From Spirochaetota bacterium (GTDB lineage: Bacteria; Spirochaetota; UBA4802; UBA5550), in NCBI GenBank assembly GCA_963664815.2, contig CAXXHB010000002.1, positions 288,001 to 352,000 on the forward strand: 64,000 nt of DNA. The letters are read 5' to 3'. A model generated the notes under the pieces. It made no database searches, was not told where the DNA came from, and saw only the letters and a program-made list of their open reading frames with translations. The translations under genes and the position numbers were made by a program. Below are positions 29,641 to 41,850 of the stretch, piece after piece. Positions within the stretch are counted from its first letter, which is position 1. Every line of letters begins with the position of its first letter.

Positions 29641-30147
29641 ATGCTTTTTACCGTAGATAATTCTTTGCAGATGAAACTTTATTTTAAAGAAATAAAAGCC
29701 GGGTACTTTTTTCATTTCCCACGGAAATCATTTGTCTCTTTAATTGTACCTGTACTTATTATTGTTCTGTTTTTTTTATCAGGATGCAGATTTAACAAAG
29801 ACGATTCAGAACCCTGGGAGGGGATAACAGGTAATATTTTAAAAATAAATATTTCGGAGTTTTTCCCTTTTGAGGAAAATATCGATAATGCCGCAATGAA
29901 AAAAATGATAAGCGAACGGATAAACCAGAGAGCGTCATTAATTATTGCAAGCTACATCTCAATGAACCTTCCGAAAAATCAGGCATCCCCTGATAACGAT
30001 GCTGTCTTTAATAAAATGATGGATAGTATTATTTCCAGCGGCATACTTTCGGAATATGAATGTTACGAGAACAACTACTGCACGGCTCATATAGAATATG
30101 ATATCTCGGAACTGCAGAAAAAGCTTGAGCAGCTTAACAACCGGTAG
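29641..30147 (+). CDS. Hypothetical lipoprotein
   Basis: Hydrophobic stretch and FLSG-C lipobox; start uncertain. Confidence 0.55.
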   Translation: MLFTVDNSLQMKLYFKEIKAGYFFHFPRKSFVSLIVPVLIIVLFFLSGCRFNKDDSEPWEGITGNILKINISEFFPFEENIDNAAMKKMISERINQRASLIIASYISMNLPKNQASPDNDAVFNKMMDSIISSGILSEYECYENNYCTAHIEYDISELQKKLEQLNNR

Positions 30148-30150
30148 AAA

Positions 30151-31263
30151 CTATCTTTTTAAAGCAATTGCCCCTTCCGGACATATTTCCATACAACAGT
30201 AGCATCTTATACATTTACTGTAATTATAAAATGGAACAGATCCGTTTTTACTTTTCTCAATTACACCTGCGGGGCAGATTGTTCTGCACTGATAGCAGAG
30301 AGTACATTTTTTTTTATCCGGTACCGGTTTTTTAACAAGAAGGTTTTTCAGCAAAATTTTACTTACCGGAATTTTTCCTGTAAATGTTTTATTTTTCGGC
30401 GGGATAAAGCGGTTACTGAAATCAGATAAAGAGGCTCCGTTTATTTTTATTTTTTTTATATCCGATACTCCAAGACCTCTTTTTGCGCCTTCAATACAGA
30501 GACTTGCTCTCCCTGCATCCAGTCCGGCAGCTGCAACGGCAACGGCATCAACTGCAACAGCATCCATACCTGCAATAACCGCCTCTGCAGAAACAGGCTT
30601 TCCGCTCTTTCCAGGCCCCTCCCCCTCCAGTCCGGTAATCCCGTCCATAATTGAAATTATTCTGTCCTTTTTAGAAAATAAAAATGCCCCGTACAGATCG
30701 AGGATAAATGACATAAATTCCTTTTCATTCTCGGTTTTAACATGCCATTTTGATTTTTCGAGTCCATTTATTGTACCGAATAAATTCTTAACAGCTCCGG
30801 TGAAATATGTTAATGAATGAGTTTTCATTTTCGGAAGACTAAAGATAAAATCAGAATCGGCAATATCCTCTGCAACATGAAATGATCTGTATTTCACTCC
30901 GTTTTCATTTTTAATAACTGCAATTTTTGATGTATCACATACCTGAATCTTTTCAGTTTTTATAATCTCTTCATATCCGCATTTCTTCAACACCTTATCA
31001 ATACTGAAAAAGGCCGGCGATTCCACAAGTACCGGATTACCCTTGTGCTCCCTTATAAAATGAATCACAGCCCGGAAAAATTCCGGATGGGTAGTAACTC
31101 CGCTTTCAGGAGACGCGGCAGTAAGAAGATTCGGTTTTACCGCTATTTTAGCCCCTGCAAGATTTGCAGGATTAAAGGAGATATTTTTACAGGATTGATA
31201 TATTGCCTCTGAAAGATCATCCCTGTTATAACTGCTGTATTTAAGCAGAGAGACTACACTCAT
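30151..31263 (-). CDS. DUF362 protein with C-terminal 2x[4Fe-4S] ferredoxin
   Basis: VKPNLL, TTHPE, PKMKTH, GAVKNLFG, GEGP; CTLCYQCRTICP and CIRCYCCMEICP. Confidence 0.92.
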   Translation of the reverse strand: MSVVSLLKYSSYNRDDLSEAIYQSCKNISFNPANLAGAKIAVKPNLLTAASPESGVTTHPEFFRAVIHFIREHKGNPVLVESPAFFSIDKVLKKCGYEEIIKTEKIQVCDTSKIAVIKNENGVKYRSFHVAEDIADSDFIFSLPKMKTHSLTYFTGAVKNLFGTINGLEKSKWHVKTENEKEFMSFILDLYGAFLFSKKDRIISIMDGITGLEGEGPGKSGKPVSAEAVIAGMDAVAVDAVAVAAAGLDAGRASLCIEGAKRGLGVSDIKKIKINGASLSDFSNRFIPPKNKTFTGKIPVSKILLKNLLVKKPVPDKKKCTLCYQCRTICPAGVIEKSKNGSVPFYNYSKCIRCYCCMEICPEGAIALKR

Positions 31264-31303
31264 ATGTTACCACCGTTAAAACAAAATTTATTTTCAGGGC
31301 ATT

Positions 31304-32170
31304 TCAATGAAGTGTATCATCATTGGAGGGATAATAATGCTTCCTGGCCCATTCCAGCCTCTTTTTTTCATCAGGTGTAAGTGAATTCATTCCGCTTTTT
31401 GCAATTTTGGCAAGAGTATCATCTATTATTTTTTTTGCGGAGATTCTTGTATCTATAATCTTTTTCTTTTTATTCACCCTGTTTTTTTTCTTAAGTCTTT
31501 CAATAAATGATATGCCGGCTTTCTTCGTGGTACCGGAATTCTTCATAGATTTCATTATAATAAATCCTGAAATAATTCCGCCAAGATGCCCTATATGACT
31601 TATATTGCCGCCTGTACCTGCCGTTGATGAAAGAGTCCCGAAAAACTCCATAAGCCCGAAAGCCAATACCAGATATTTAATTTTGATGGGGAATAAAAAG
31701 TACAGCAATACCTCCCTGTCGGGCCACATTACGGCATATGCAAGAAGTATGGCATATATTGCTCCGGATGCGCCTATGGTAACAGCATTTGATCCGTAAT
31801 TAATAAAAGCAATGTAATTCATCAGGGCAATAAAAAGCCCGGCACCCAGTCCGGAGAGCAGATAGTATCTTATAAATTTTGTTCTCCCCCAGGCTAACTC
31901 CAGCTCGCCGGCAAACATCCATAATCCAAGCAGATTGAATATTATATGCATCCAGCCGCCATGAAGAAACATATAGGTAAAGGGCTGCCATATCATAAAA
32001 CTGTTCAGAAATCCGTTATGGCTGATACCAAAAATATACTCCATCGCATTCGGTATAATCAAACCGACGATCTGCTGTACCAGAAAAACCGCCCCGTTTA
32101 CAATCATGAGCCATTTGACACCGGGAGTTACCGGCCCTCCAAATCTTATGCTGACATTTTTCTGATACAT
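31304..32170 (-). CDS. Rhomboid intramembrane serine protease
   Basis: MFLHGGWMHIIFN, GASGA and HIGHLGG motifs. Confidence 0.93.
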   Translation of the reverse strand: MYQKNVSIRFGGPVTPGVKWLMIVNGAVFLVQQIVGLIIPNAMEYIFGISHNGFLNSFMIWQPFTYMFLHGGWMHIIFNLLGLWMFAGELELAWGRTKFIRYYLLSGLGAGLFIALMNYIAFINYGSNAVTIGASGAIYAILLAYAVMWPDREVLLYFLFPIKIKYLVLAFGLMEFFGTLSSTAGTGGNISHIGHLGGIISGFIIMKSMKNSGTTKKAGISFIERLKKKNRVNKKKKIIDTRISAKKIIDDTLAKIAKSGMNSLTPDEKKRLEWARKHYYPSNDDTLH

Positions 32171-33798
32171 CAGGATTCACCGCCATCTTGTTCTTTTGAA
32201 AATTCTATTCTTATTTTATTAAATTTCTCGGCATTTTTTATAAAAAGATTGAAGAGCTCCGGATCATATTTTCCCTCTTCACTTTTCATGATGTCAATTG
32301 CATCATCATGCGTATAAGCTTCTTTGTATGGCCTTTTAGATGTGAGAGCATCATAAACATCCGCAATAGAAACAACCCTCGCGCTTAATGGAATATTTTC
32401 ACCCTTTAATCCGTAAGGATACCCGTCGCCGTCCCATCTTTCATGGTGATAAAGAATAATATCCATTGCCATGTTAAGAAAAAAATCCGATCCTAAATCA
32501 CCTGAAGCTCTTTTTAATGCCTCATACCCTATAACCGGATGCCTCTTCATTATATTAAATTCCTCTTCAGTCAGAAACCCTTTTTTAAGAAGAATATAAT
32601 CAGGTATACCTACTTTTCCAATATCATGCAGAACCGATGAATCATACAAATCCCTGAGAAGTCTCTGATTTATCTCCGGGTGATCATCATCTATTCTGTA
32701 AAGCTGCATAAGAAGAACCGAATAATTACGTATTCTTTCAAGATGGTCCCCTGTTTCGGAATCCCTTGCATCTGCAAGACTGCTTAAGGCAAAGATGGTC
32801 GCCCTCTGTGTTTTTAACACCTCTTCAGTTCTCTGGGAAACCATTTTTTCAAGATTCCTGGAATGGTTTTCAATCTCTTTCAGCAGTTCCGCCCGCTGAA
32901 CACTCAAAGCAATCTGGCCAACTATTGACCTGACAAATGTAATATGATGATTTTTAAAAAAAGACTTATAACTTGAAAGAAAGAAAATTATCCCCCTGAT
33001 TTCATTTTTCAGTACAAGAGAAACAGCCAGAGCTGAATTAATCCCGTTCCTGTTGATTTCATTAAAAACCTCATGCATTTTGTTGCTCTTCAGAAACATG
33101 CCCAGGTCTTCTATATTGAGAAGATCTATCTCCCCCTCCAGCAGTTGTTTTATTGAAAATTCTGAAATAAAAAACCTGTCCCCTTTTCTTAAAAACGTAT
33201 AAAAATGACTCTGATTGAAAACCATGTTTTCAATGTTAAGAAAGGTTTTCGTTTCATTAAGCAGAGTCAGAATCATTCCGTCAAAAGGGATCACTTTTTT
33301 AAGTGAAACATGAAGCTTGCTGAAAATCTCCTCTGTACTTTTACCGCTGTTCAACATGGAAATTATTTCATTGATCTTTTCCAGTTCGGCAAGGTGCCTC
33401 TCTTTTTCTTCTTTTAACTTTTTACTTTCAACAGCCCTTTTTATTGAAAACTCAAGTATTTCAAAATCATCAATAGGCTTATATAAAAAATCATATGCCC
33501 CTGATTTCAGGGCTGCTATAATATCATCATTTGTCCCCTGCCCTGTAAGTACAATTTTCGGAATGTCTGGATACTCCCTGAACATCTCCTTCAGAAGCTC
33601 AACTCCGCCAAGCCTGGGCATCTGAAGATCAGTTAAAACAAGATCATATGAAAATGATCCCAGCATATCAAGAGCGCCACGCCCATCCTCGGCAGTATCA
33701 ACATAATATCCGAGGCTTGATATATATTTCTTAAGAATTTTTCTTACAAGTATATCATCGTCAACCACAAGAATTGACTGTCCGTTATTCTTCAGCAT
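32170..33798 (-). CDS. Response regulator REC-GAF-HD-GYP c-di-GMP phosphodiesterase
   Basis: VVDDD...TDLQMP receiver; LHDIGKVG; HHERWDGDGYP; IADVYDAL. Confidence 0.92.
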   Translation of the reverse strand: MLKNNGQSILVVDDDILVRKILKKYISSLGYYVDTAEDGRGALDMLGSFSYDLVLTDLQMPRLGGVELLKEMFREYPDIPKIVLTGQGTNDDIIAALKSGAYDFLYKPIDDFEILEFSIKRAVESKKLKEEKERHLAELEKINEIISMLNSGKSTEEIFSKLHVSLKKVIPFDGMILTLLNETKTFLNIENMVFNQSHFYTFLRKGDRFFISEFSIKQLLEGEIDLLNIEDLGMFLKSNKMHEVFNEINRNGINSALAVSLVLKNEIRGIIFFLSSYKSFFKNHHITFVRSIVGQIALSVQRAELLKEIENHSRNLEKMVSQRTEEVLKTQRATIFALSSLADARDSETGDHLERIRNYSVLLMQLYRIDDDHPEINQRLLRDLYDSSVLHDIGKVGIPDYILLKKGFLTEEEFNIMKRHPVIGYEALKRASGDLGSDFFLNMAMDIILYHHERWDGDGYPYGLKGENIPLSARVVSIADVYDALTSKRPYKEAYTHDDAIDIMKSEEGKYDPELFNLFIKNAEKFNKIRIEFSKEQDGGES

Positions 33799-34174
33799 CT
33801 TAAACCATTCATAATTATTTAATTATTAGAAATTTTCATTTACCGGGATCAGTCAAGAATTTTTAATTCATCAGTCAAATTAAATACTTTCGAATTAATT
33901 ACTTTTAAAACAGTTTAAATCAAATTTTCCGGCTGTATAATTGCTATCCTGCCACGTCTTAACCGACTCAGATACATCAGTGCCGCCGGTTTAAAGCCGG
34001 ACAATAAAATCTCCACCCGTACATGACAATAATCTTTTTATATCCGGTATCTCAAACAGGCCCTGCAGACTGTAAAAATGTTGTTTTTATTATATCCCAT
34101 TATTTTTAATTGCCCTTATAATATATTAATTTAATTAATGCCCAATAAACGCGACTTCTGACAGGACAAAATCA

Positions 34175-36067
34175 ATGTATTCTCAATATGACATAATAAT
34201 TATCGGGGCAGGACATGCAGGGTGTGAAGCTGCCCTGGCTTCAGCAAGAATGGGATTTAAAACACTTATACTAACCGGTAATCTGGATACAATTGCGCAG
34301 ATGAGCTGTAATCCGGCTATTGGCGGTCTGGCCAAAGGTCATCTTGTACGCGAAATAGATGCTCTTGGCGGAGAGATGGCCAATATAATAGACAGGACCG
34401 GCATTCACTTTAAAATGCTGAACAAAAGCCGCGGACCCGCTGTCTGGGCGCCGAGAGCACAGGCAGATAAAAAGAAATACCAGTTCCTTATGAAGCACAC
34501 TCTTGAGAAACAGCCCAGCCTCAGCATCATCCAGGATATTGCCGAAGAGCTTCTGATCGAAAATAATTCAATAACCGGCGTCAGAACAAAACGCAATATT
34601 GAGCATTACACAAGTGTTGTTATAATGTGTACCGGCACATTCTTAAAGGGTTTAATACATATCGGAGAACACCAGGAAAAAGCAGGAAGACTCGCCGATT
34701 TTTCATCTGAAGGCCTTTCAGGTTCACTTATAAAAGCGGGACTTAATGTTCAGCGTCTGAAGACAGGTACACCTCCGAGGATTAATTGTGATACAATAGA
34801 CTTTTCAAAGTGTGAAGCCCAGTATCCCGATGAAATCCCGTCGCCATTCTCTTATTCAACGACATCAATCAATACAACTCAGATACCATGCTGGATCACC
34901 TATACAACGGACAGAACACATCAGATAATAAGGGACAATATACATCGTTCGCCTCTTTACGGAGGTAAGATCAAGGGTATAGGGCCCAGATACTGCCCTT
35001 CAATCGAAGATAAGGTTGTCCGCTTTTCAGATAAACTGCGGCACCAGCTTTTTCTGGAACCGGAAGGACTGGATACCAACGAATACTATATCAACGGATT
35101 TTCCAGTTCTCTCCCGGAAGAGGTTCAGCTTGAATTTATTAAAACAATCCCGGGACTGGAAAATGTTCATGTTATGAGGCCCGCTTATGCTGTTGAATAC
35201 GATTTCGTCACTACCGATGAAATATGTCCGACACTTGAAACAAAAAAAATATCCGGCCTTTTTCATGCCGGCCAGATAAACGGAACATCCGGCTATGAAG
35301 AGGCCGCCGTACAGGGACTTGTCGCTGCGGTAAATGCCGGCAGAAAACTGAAAAAGCAGACTCCGCTTATACTTTCCAGGTCCGAATCATATGCGGGAGT
35401 CCTGATTGACGACCTGATAACCAAGACTATAACTGAACCCTACAGAATGTTTACATCAAGGGCTGAACACAGGCTTTTACTGAGGCAGGATAACGCCGAT
35501 AAACGGCTTATGAAATATGGATTTGAAAATGATCTGATAAGCAAAGACCGCCTTAAAGAGATGAATGATAAGTATGATGAAATAAATTCACATATTAACA
35601 GAATAAAAAATACTGTTGTTGTCGTTGATGAAAAAACTATTGAGATACTTAAAAAAGCCGATCCATCTGTCATCCTGAAAGGTAAAACCCGGGTAGAGAC
35701 CCTTCTGAAACGCCCCGGGATTACAATGGCCGAGATAAGCGAAATTCTCGGCGAACCCTATTCCCCGGAAATCTCCCCAATTATTGAGATGGAGATTAAA
35801 TACGAAGGATATATAGCGCGAGACGCGGAAAAAATAAGAAAGATGGAAAAGATGGAATCCAGATTTCTTCCTGACCATATTGACTACAAATCAATTCCGG
35901 GGCTCAAGAATGAAGCGAGAGAAAAGCTCGTCAAAATCAGACCTGCAACAATAGGACAGGCATCAAGGATTTCAGGTGTTGATCCGTCCGATATATCAAT
36001 ATTGCTGGTTTATCTCGAAGCCTCTTCACAAAAAACTGCAGAGGTTCCACGTGGAACAATTGAATAA
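34175..36067 (+). CDS. mnmG: tRNA uridine-5-carboxymethylaminomethyl synthesis enzyme MnmG (GidA)
   Basis: [41 protein letters not shown] and YRMFTSRAE motifs. Confidence 0.98.
   Translation: MYSQYDIIIIGAGHAGCEAALASARMGFKTLILTGNLDTIAQMSCNPAIGGLAKGHLVREIDALGGEMANIIDRTGIHFKMLNKSRGPAVWAPRAQADKKKYQFLMKHTLEKQPSLSIIQDIAEELLIENNSITGVRTKRNIEHYTSVVIMCTGTFLKGLIHIGEHQEKAGRLADFSSEGLSGSLIKAGLNVQRLKTGTPPRINCDTIDFSKCEAQYPDEIPSPFSYSTTSINTTQIPCWITYTTDRTHQIIRDNIHRSPLYGGKIKGIGPRYCPSIEDKVVRFSDKLRHQLFLEPEGLDTNEYYINGFSSSLPEEVQLEFIKTIPGLENVHVMRPAYAVEYDFVTTDEICPTLETKKISGLFHAGQINGTSGYEEAAVQGLVAAVNAGRKLKKQTPLILSRSESYAGVLIDDLITKTITEPYRMFTSRAEHRLLLRQDNADKRLMKYGFENDLISKDRLKEMNDKYDEINSHINRIKNTVVVVDEKTIEILKKADPSVILKGKTRVETLLKRPGITMAEISEILGEPYSPEISPIIEMEIKYEGYIARDAEKIRKMEKMESRFLPDHIDYKSIPGLKNEAREKLVKIRPATIGQASRISGVDPSDISILLVYLEASSQKTAEVPRGTIE
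36043..36058. promoter_or_regulatory. parS site
   Basis: GGTTCCACGTGGAACA matches the parS consensus TGTTTCACGTGAAACA. Confidence 0.85.
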
Positions 36068-36764
36068 TATCTCACTCCGGACCGGATTATGTGATCAGTT
36101 TAAATTATCCGTATTAGCAGAATATGCCGTAGCAATACATAAAGAAAATAATAAACACAATCTCACAGGACATAAGACCCTGCCGGAAATAATTGAGAAT
36201 CTTATTATCGGCAGCATCGAGCCTTTAAAAAATATCGAGGTTCCACGTGGAACATTATTTGCCGATATAGGCACAGGTGCCGGCATCCCGGGTATACCGC
36301 TTTCTGTTTATTTCAATGATTGTCGCGGAATTCTTTTTGATTCAAACCAGAAGAAGATCCGCTTTGTTAACAAAACTATCTCTGACTTTGGCTTAGTCAA
36401 TGTTAACGGCATCGATTCCCGTGTTGAAGACGCATGCAGGTGTGATGAATACAGGGAAAAATTTGATATTGTTTTCACAAGAGCGATGTCCGATATATAT
36501 ACGGTTGCTGAATTAAGCGCTCCCCTTCTTAAAACAGGGGGGGTTGTTTTTCTTTATATAAAAAAAGACCAGATTCTCCTAAATGATTATCTGCTTGAAC
36601 ATCTTTCTGAATTAGGTATAAGCACTCAGATTGATTCTTTAAATTGTAAAATAAAAATAAACGGGCCGTATGAAGGCCTCTTTCTTGTGAAGGAGAAGGA
36701 AACAGAAAAAAGATACCCCAGAAGAATGGCTGTTATTAAACGGATGTCCTCCCGATCTCTCTGA
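36051..36764 (+). CDS. rsmG: 16S rRNA m7G527 methyltransferase RsmG (GidB)
   Basis: [33 protein letters not shown]; GTG at 36051 with GAGG upstream chosen as start. Confidence 0.92.
   Translation: MEQLNNISLRTGLCDQFKLSVLAEYAVAIHKENNKHNLTGHKTLPEIIENLIIGSIEPLKNIEVPRGTLFADIGTGAGIPGIPLSVYFNDCRGILFDSNQKKIRFVNKTISDFGLVNVNGIDSRVEDACRCDEYREKFDIVFTRAMSDIYTVAELSAPLLKTGGVVFLYIKKDQILLNDYLLEHLSELGISTQIDSLNCKIKINGPYEGLFLVKEKETEKRYPRRMAVIKRMSSRSL
36239..36254. promoter_or_regulatory. parS site within rsmG
   Basis: GGTTCCACGTGGAACA, identical to 36043-36058. Confidence 0.85.
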
Positions 36765-36906
36765 AAAATTTAAAATTCCCCGCCATTTCTTCACGATAAT
36801 TTCCCTTCTTACCAATGATTTGTATTATGTCATATCCCATTAAAAATTTTCATTGATTAATCATGGTATATTTATATTATAAATTTTCCGTAAACAGGAG
36901 TCTATA

Positions 36907-38421
36907 ATGAAAATAAAGGCATTGATTGCTTCATCTTTAATCCTGATTATATCTTCTCTTAATGCAGCTGAAGATACAGATAAAAAATTTATTCTCGGCT
37001 CAATGTCATTTACTGTGCCCGGATTAAAATTCGGATCTTTAATTAATAACCCCATGTTTGCTTTAAATATTTCAAATAAAAAGGTTAACGATTCAGATAT
37101 AAAAAAACAGATCGATTCCATAGAAAGAATTTTAAAAGAAACTTCAGACCCTGTTCTTTTTTATAAGCTTGGCAACTTTTATAAAGATATTACGAATTAT
37201 AATAAAGCTATCGAATATTATAACAGATTTCTCAGGCTGAATCAGCCATTATACAATATTGACAGTAATGCATTAAAAAATGGAATTATCGGCGAGATAT
37301 ACTACTCTCTTTCAGAGATTGATTCATATAATAACAAGAATTATAATCTTGAAAAAGCGCTCGTCTACCTCACAAAAGCGGCCGAATTAAATCCTGATAA
37401 TTCAAGTATTTTATTAATGCTTGGAGACTGCTGTCTGTCTCTCGGGAAAACAACAGAGGCGTTATATTGCTACAATAAAGTTTTGGAAAAAAATGATGAT
37501 ATCCTTATTTATGCAAGACTCCAGGCCGCTTCTTTTCAGGGTGATTACTTAAAACTCCTTGCCAGTCAAAGTGAAGATGAAGTTAAGAACCAGCCGATCA
37601 CACGGAATTTTAACTTTGATTATCTGGAAACCGCCATTAATAATTCATCGTCTGATTTAAAAATATCCTTTAAAATACAGCACTACGTATATCTGATCCG
37701 TTTGATGCTTGTTAAGTACGATTTTTCATCAATAAAAAATCAGCCGGATTCACCCGGTTTTAACAGACTGTTTTCTGAAGAAGAAAAACTTATATTATCT
37801 GAAGCAGAAAATGCTTTTAATAACCCGGACATTAAAAATATCAACCATTCATACTTAAAATATTTAACAGGAATTAATTATTACTTAAAATCTGATTTTG
37901 ATAAAGCTTTTTCAGTTTTCAATGAAATCCACGGTGATGAAATTATATCCAAATCCGTTTATAATGACATTCTGTTTATTGGACTTAATTTTTTAAAAGA
38001 TAAACATGAATTAATAAAGTTCATTGAAAGTAAAATAAAAACCGAACCTGACCCTGAAAGCTATTTAATTCTTGCAGGTATAGAGTTTGAAAATAAAAGC
38101 TTTTTAAAAAGTGAAATGCTCTGCAAACAATCTTTAAAAGTCAGCAGAAACAATCCTGAAGCTTACTCGGCGCTTTCAGTTATTTATGCAATCAATGAAA
38201 ACTATTCAGCCGCAGATGAAATGATCAGGACAGCTGATAATCTTATTAAAGGTGATCCCATGAATAATAAAAAGCTTTTTACACATATTAAACTAAACGA
38301 AGCTGCCATTGCACTTCTTAAAAATGAAAAAGAGAGAGCCTATATACTCCTTCGATCGGTATTAGCTGCCGATAATGATGAAAAGGCTTATCAATTATAT
38401 AACAGGTATTTCAAAAAATGA
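36907..38421 (+). CDS. Exported TPR-repeat protein
   Basis: Signal peptide; [15 protein letters not shown] and [16 protein letters not shown] motifs. Confidence 0.8.
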   Translation: MKIKALIASSLILIISSLNAAEDTDKKFILGSMSFTVPGLKFGSLINNPMFALNISNKKVNDSDIKKQIDSIERILKETSDPVLFYKLGNFYKDITNYNKAIEYYNRFLRLNQPLYNIDSNALKNGIIGEIYYSLSEIDSYNNKNYNLEKALVYLTKAAELNPDNSSILLMLGDCCLSLGKTTEALYCYNKVLEKNDDILIYARLQAASFQGDYLKLLASQSEDEVKNQPITRNFNFDYLETAINNSSSDLKISFKIQHYVYLIRLMLVKYDFSSIKNQPDSPGFNRLFSEEEKLILSEAENAFNNPDIKNINHSYLKYLTGINYYLKSDFDKAFSVFNEIHGDEIISKSVYNDILFIGLNFLKDKHELIKFIESKIKTEPDPESYLILAGIEFENKSFLKSEMLCKQSLKVSRNNPEAYSALSVIYAINENYSAADEMIRTADNLIKGDPMNNKKLFTHIKLNEAAIALLKNEKERAYILLRSVLAADNDEKAYQLYNRYFKK

Positions 38422-38813
38422 ATAACTATAAAATTGATTTCAATAAAAACGATGGAATTGTTCCTGCAGTCATACAGGATTTCAAAAGCGGCGATGTTCT
38501 TATGCTTGCATATATGAACGAGGAAGCCTTTAATCTTACACAGTCAACCGGTTTTACCCACTTCTGGAGCAGATCAAAAAACAGAATCTGGAAAAAAGGT
38601 GAAGAATCCGGCCACCTTCAGGAAGTAAAAGAAATATATCTTGACTGTGACAGCGATACATTATTAATAAAGGTCAACCAGATCGGAGAGGCTGCATGCC
38701 ATGAGGGATACAGGAGCTGTTTCTTCAGAAGAATAGAGGGTAAAGCCGTTTTTATTGATACAACACCGGTTTTTAATCCTTCAGAAATTTATAAAGATAA
38801 AGCCAAAAAATAA
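38418..38813 (+). CDS. hisI: Phosphoribosyl-AMP cyclohydrolase
   Basis: [25 protein letters not shown] and [11 protein letters not shown] motifs. Confidence 0.96.
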   Translation: MNNYKIDFNKNDGIVPAVIQDFKSGDVLMLAYMNEEAFNLTQSTGFTHFWSRSKNRIWKKGEESGHLQEVKEIYLDCDSDTLLIKVNQIGEAACHEGYRSCFFRRIEGKAVFIDTTPVFNPSEIYKDKAKK

Positions 38814-38814
38814 A

Positions 38815-40968
38815 ATGAATAACTCAGTAACCAATGATGCAGTTACAGCTCTTCCCCGCGGAGGATATCTCGTAGATACTCCCGCCGGTTATGTCCAATT
38901 CGGTTCTCCTCCGGAAACAATTAAAGACACAATGAAATTACCGGGCGGAGTCCCTGAAATATTTGTACTCCCGGAGAAAATGTTTAACTGGATTAAAGGT
39001 ATAAGCATTGCCGAAATTGAATTCCCCCTTTACTGGAATTTCTTTATCCGGAAAAAAAAGACCCTTATAATCTGCAGAGAAGAACAGTTTTACAAAATGA
39101 AAAAGGTTCTTGAGGAATCTGTCTTCGGCCCTGAATTCTTTAACATCAGCAATGATTATTCTCCTGATATCAACAGCAAACTTATTCCTGACATTAATTC
39201 TGAAATGGTGTATTTCAGAAACAATAATAAACTTTCAAATATGGTTCAGTTCGGCATCTTTAAAAATAACAGCTTCTCTTATAAAGGCATACTGATCAAT
39301 ATTGAAGCAGACGGAGACTACAGGATTTATTACAATAATGATTCACTGGCAAAGATTCCCGGCAATATAGAATATAAAACCACTTATCGTATAGGAGAAA
39401 GGCTGTCTGAACCTTACCTGCCGCCACTCTTTGGTGTAACCTGTCTTGGTCCCAGCCACGGATTTGATCCTGAGGAAAATACCTCCGGTTTCATTATCTG
39501 GCTTAATCACCAGGGGATTATGGTGGATCCCCCTGTAAACTCCACCGAGTGGCTTGAAGATTCAAATGTAAGCCCAAAATTCATAGACAGTATTATTCTC
39601 ACCCACTGTCATGCAGATCATGATGCAGGCACATTTCAGAAAATACTGGAAGAGGGAAAAGTAACTGTTTATACAACAGAAACCGTCATGGAGAGTTTTC
39701 TGCAGAAATATTCATCTCTCAGTGATGTCAGCACAGACTATCTCAGAAGTTTATTCGATTTCTATCCTGTCACAATTGGAAATCCTCTTTATATTAACGG
39801 CGGAAAATTTGAAATGTTCTATACACTTCATTCCATTCCGACAATCGGTTTCCGGATGAAGTTTCAGAATCAGTCGTTTTTTTACTCCTCCGACCACAAT
39901 AATGACCCTGAACTTCATAAAAAACTTCTTGAAGAAAATATAATAAGCAGAACGCGCTATGATGAGTTAACAAATTTCCCATGGGATTCAAATGTAATTT
40001 ATCATGAATCGGGCGTACCACCTCTTCACACACCGATCAGCTATATGAATTCTCTTCCCGTCGATATACAAAAAAGAATAGTAATTTACCATATTGCAAA
40101 AATGGATTTTCCGGAAAAAACTTCGCTCACTCTTGCAAAATTCGGAATGGAAAATACTCTCTACTTTGAAACTGAACCGCCAATGTTTGAGGATGCATAC
40201 CAGATTTTAAGCGTATTTAAACGCCTTGATTTTATGAGCGACCTCCCTGTCTGGAAGGCCCAGGAACTGCTCGATATAGTTGTGATAAAAAAATTCGCAA
40301 AAGGGGATAAAATAATAGAGAAGGGTGCTGTTGGCGGTGAGTTCTTCATCATCTATTCAGGAAATATCTCCGTTAAAAATGAAGGACTTGAAAATGACAA
40401 AATATACGGACCATACGATTACTTCGGGGAAGTTGCGCTTATTACCGGTCAGAAAAGGGCTGCAGATATATACGCTGAAACTGATGTTGTACTTTTTATG
40501 ATAGAGAAAGACAAATTTCTGAATTTTATTGTAGGCACCGAATTCGAAAAAATCCTTAAGAAGGTAGCTCTTACCAGAAGTTCTGAATCGTGGAATCTTC
40601 TTTCAACAAATAATTTTTTTAAACAATTTACCCCTGCACAAAAAACCTGGATGGAGTCAATATTTGAACCGAGAATTATTGAGAACCCGGAAACTTTGAT
40701 AAAAGAAGGCGAACTTCTTCATACTCTATACCTTATAAGAGATGGAGAAATCGAGGCTTCAAAAAACGGCAGCAAAATCGCTACACTGAAAAAAGGTGAT
40801 TTTGTAGGATCCCTTGAAAGACTGCATAAAAATCTCCCGGCAGTTTACACTTTTAAAAATCTTAAACCTGTTTCAGTTTATGCTATGAACGGGAATGATT
40901 TAAAATTTTTCATTGATAAAAATCCGGGGTTACTGGTTAAATTTACTTACGAAATAACGGAAAAATGA
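38815..40968 (+). CDS. Metallo-beta-lactamase-fold hydrolase with two cNMP-binding domains (putative cyclic-nucleotide phosphodiesterase)
   Basis: THCHADHDAG, HSIPT, SSDH, LHTP; FGEVALI..KRAAD cNMP cassette; start set at ATG 38815. Confidence 0.85.
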   Translation: MNNSVTNDAVTALPRGGYLVDTPAGYVQFGSPPETIKDTMKLPGGVPEIFVLPEKMFNWIKGISIAEIEFPLYWNFFIRKKKTLIICREEQFYKMKKVLEESVFGPEFFNISNDYSPDINSKLIPDINSEMVYFRNNNKLSNMVQFGIFKNNSFSYKGILINIEADGDYRIYYNNDSLAKIPGNIEYKTTYRIGERLSEPYLPPLFGVTCLGPSHGFDPEENTSGFIIWLNHQGIMVDPPVNSTEWLEDSNVSPKFIDSIILTHCHADHDAGTFQKILEEGKVTVYTTETVMESFLQKYSSLSDVSTDYLRSLFDFYPVTIGNPLYINGGKFEMFYTLHSIPTIGFRMKFQNQSFFYSSDHNNDPELHKKLLEENIISRTRYDELTNFPWDSNVIYHESGVPPLHTPISYMNSLPVDIQKRIVIYHIAKMDFPEKTSLTLAKFGMENTLYFETEPPMFEDAYQILSVFKRLDFMSDLPVWKAQELLDIVVIKKFAKGDKIIEKGAVGGEFFIIYSGNISVKNEGLENDKIYGPYDYFGEVALITGQKRAADIYAETDVVLFMIEKDKFLNFIVGTEFEKILKKVALTRSSESWNLLSTNNFFKQFTPAQKTWMESIFEPRIIENPETLIKEGELLHTLYLIRDGEIEASKNGSKIATLKKGDFVGSLERLHKNLPAVYTFKNLKPVSVYAMNGNDLKFFIDKNPGLLVKFTYEITEK

Positions 40969-41826
40969 ATGTTTCAGAATGTATCTATAAACTTCAGACC
41001 TGATGATCACAAATCTATTGAACTCATACAAAACATAGCAGAAATACTTACAGAAAAAAAAATTAAAACACAGCTTCCCGATTATGAGATTCTCCGTAAA
41101 CATCCCTTAAATGAATTTATCAGCAAAGAATATGATTACCTTAAAACCCCCGATCTTGTTGTAGCCATCGGTGGTGACGGGACCTTTCTGAAAACAGCCA
41201 GGATGTTTCTGTCGAACGGGTCCCCCATCTTCGGTATAAACAGGGGTAAACTCGGGTTTCTTACTGAATTCAATCCGGATGAATTTGAGAAGCATTTTCT
41301 CCGGATTCTGGATGGTGATTTTATTACAGCTGAACGTAATGTTATGGAAGCCATACATAATAAAAACAATTCCAGTCATTCTCTCTATTTTTTTAATGAT
41401 GCGGTTATTTCAAAAGGGGCATTCTCAAGGGCTATACAGATTGAACTTCATGTAAATGACCTGTTTCTTAACCGATACTCCGGTGATGGACTTATTATCG
41501 CAACAGCAACCGGATCAACAGCCTATTCACTTTCCGCGGGAGGACCGATAATTGTACCGGATTCAAATGATGTCTTTATTGTAAACCCTGTATCTCCGCA
41601 CTCTCTTTCTATAAGACCCATTGTACTCCCGGCGGCATCAACGCTTAAAGCCAGAACTCTTACCGATATGACAAATTTATTATTGACAATTGATGGTCAG
41701 GAAGCTATCGAATTTTCTGCAGGGGATGAATTAATCTTCCGTAAAACAGATAAGAAAATGAAGCTGATTCTTCATCCCGACAAAAACTACTTCTCAATCC
41801 TCAGGGAAAAACTGAATTGGGGCTGA
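40969..41826 (+). CDS. nadK: NAD+ kinase
   Basis: GGDGTFL, GINRGKLGFL and DGLIIATATGSTAYSLSAGGP motifs. Confidence 0.95.
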   Translation: MFQNVSINFRPDDHKSIELIQNIAEILTEKKIKTQLPDYEILRKHPLNEFISKEYDYLKTPDLVVAIGGDGTFLKTARMFLSNGSPIFGINRGKLGFLTEFNPDEFEKHFLRILDGDFITAERNVMEAIHNKNNSSHSLYFFNDAVISKGAFSRAIQIELHVNDLFLNRYSGDGLIIATATGSTAYSLSAGGPIIVPDSNDVFIVNPVSPHSLSIRPIVLPAASTLKARTLTDMTNLLLTIDGQEAIEFSAGDELIFRKTDKKMKLILHPDKNYFSILREKLNWG

Positions 41827-41850
41827 TTTCATCTTCAAAGGATACCTTGT

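Noticed and set aside
33799-34174. oriC upstream of mnmG
   Set aside because: I found no TTATCCACA-type DnaA box cluster.
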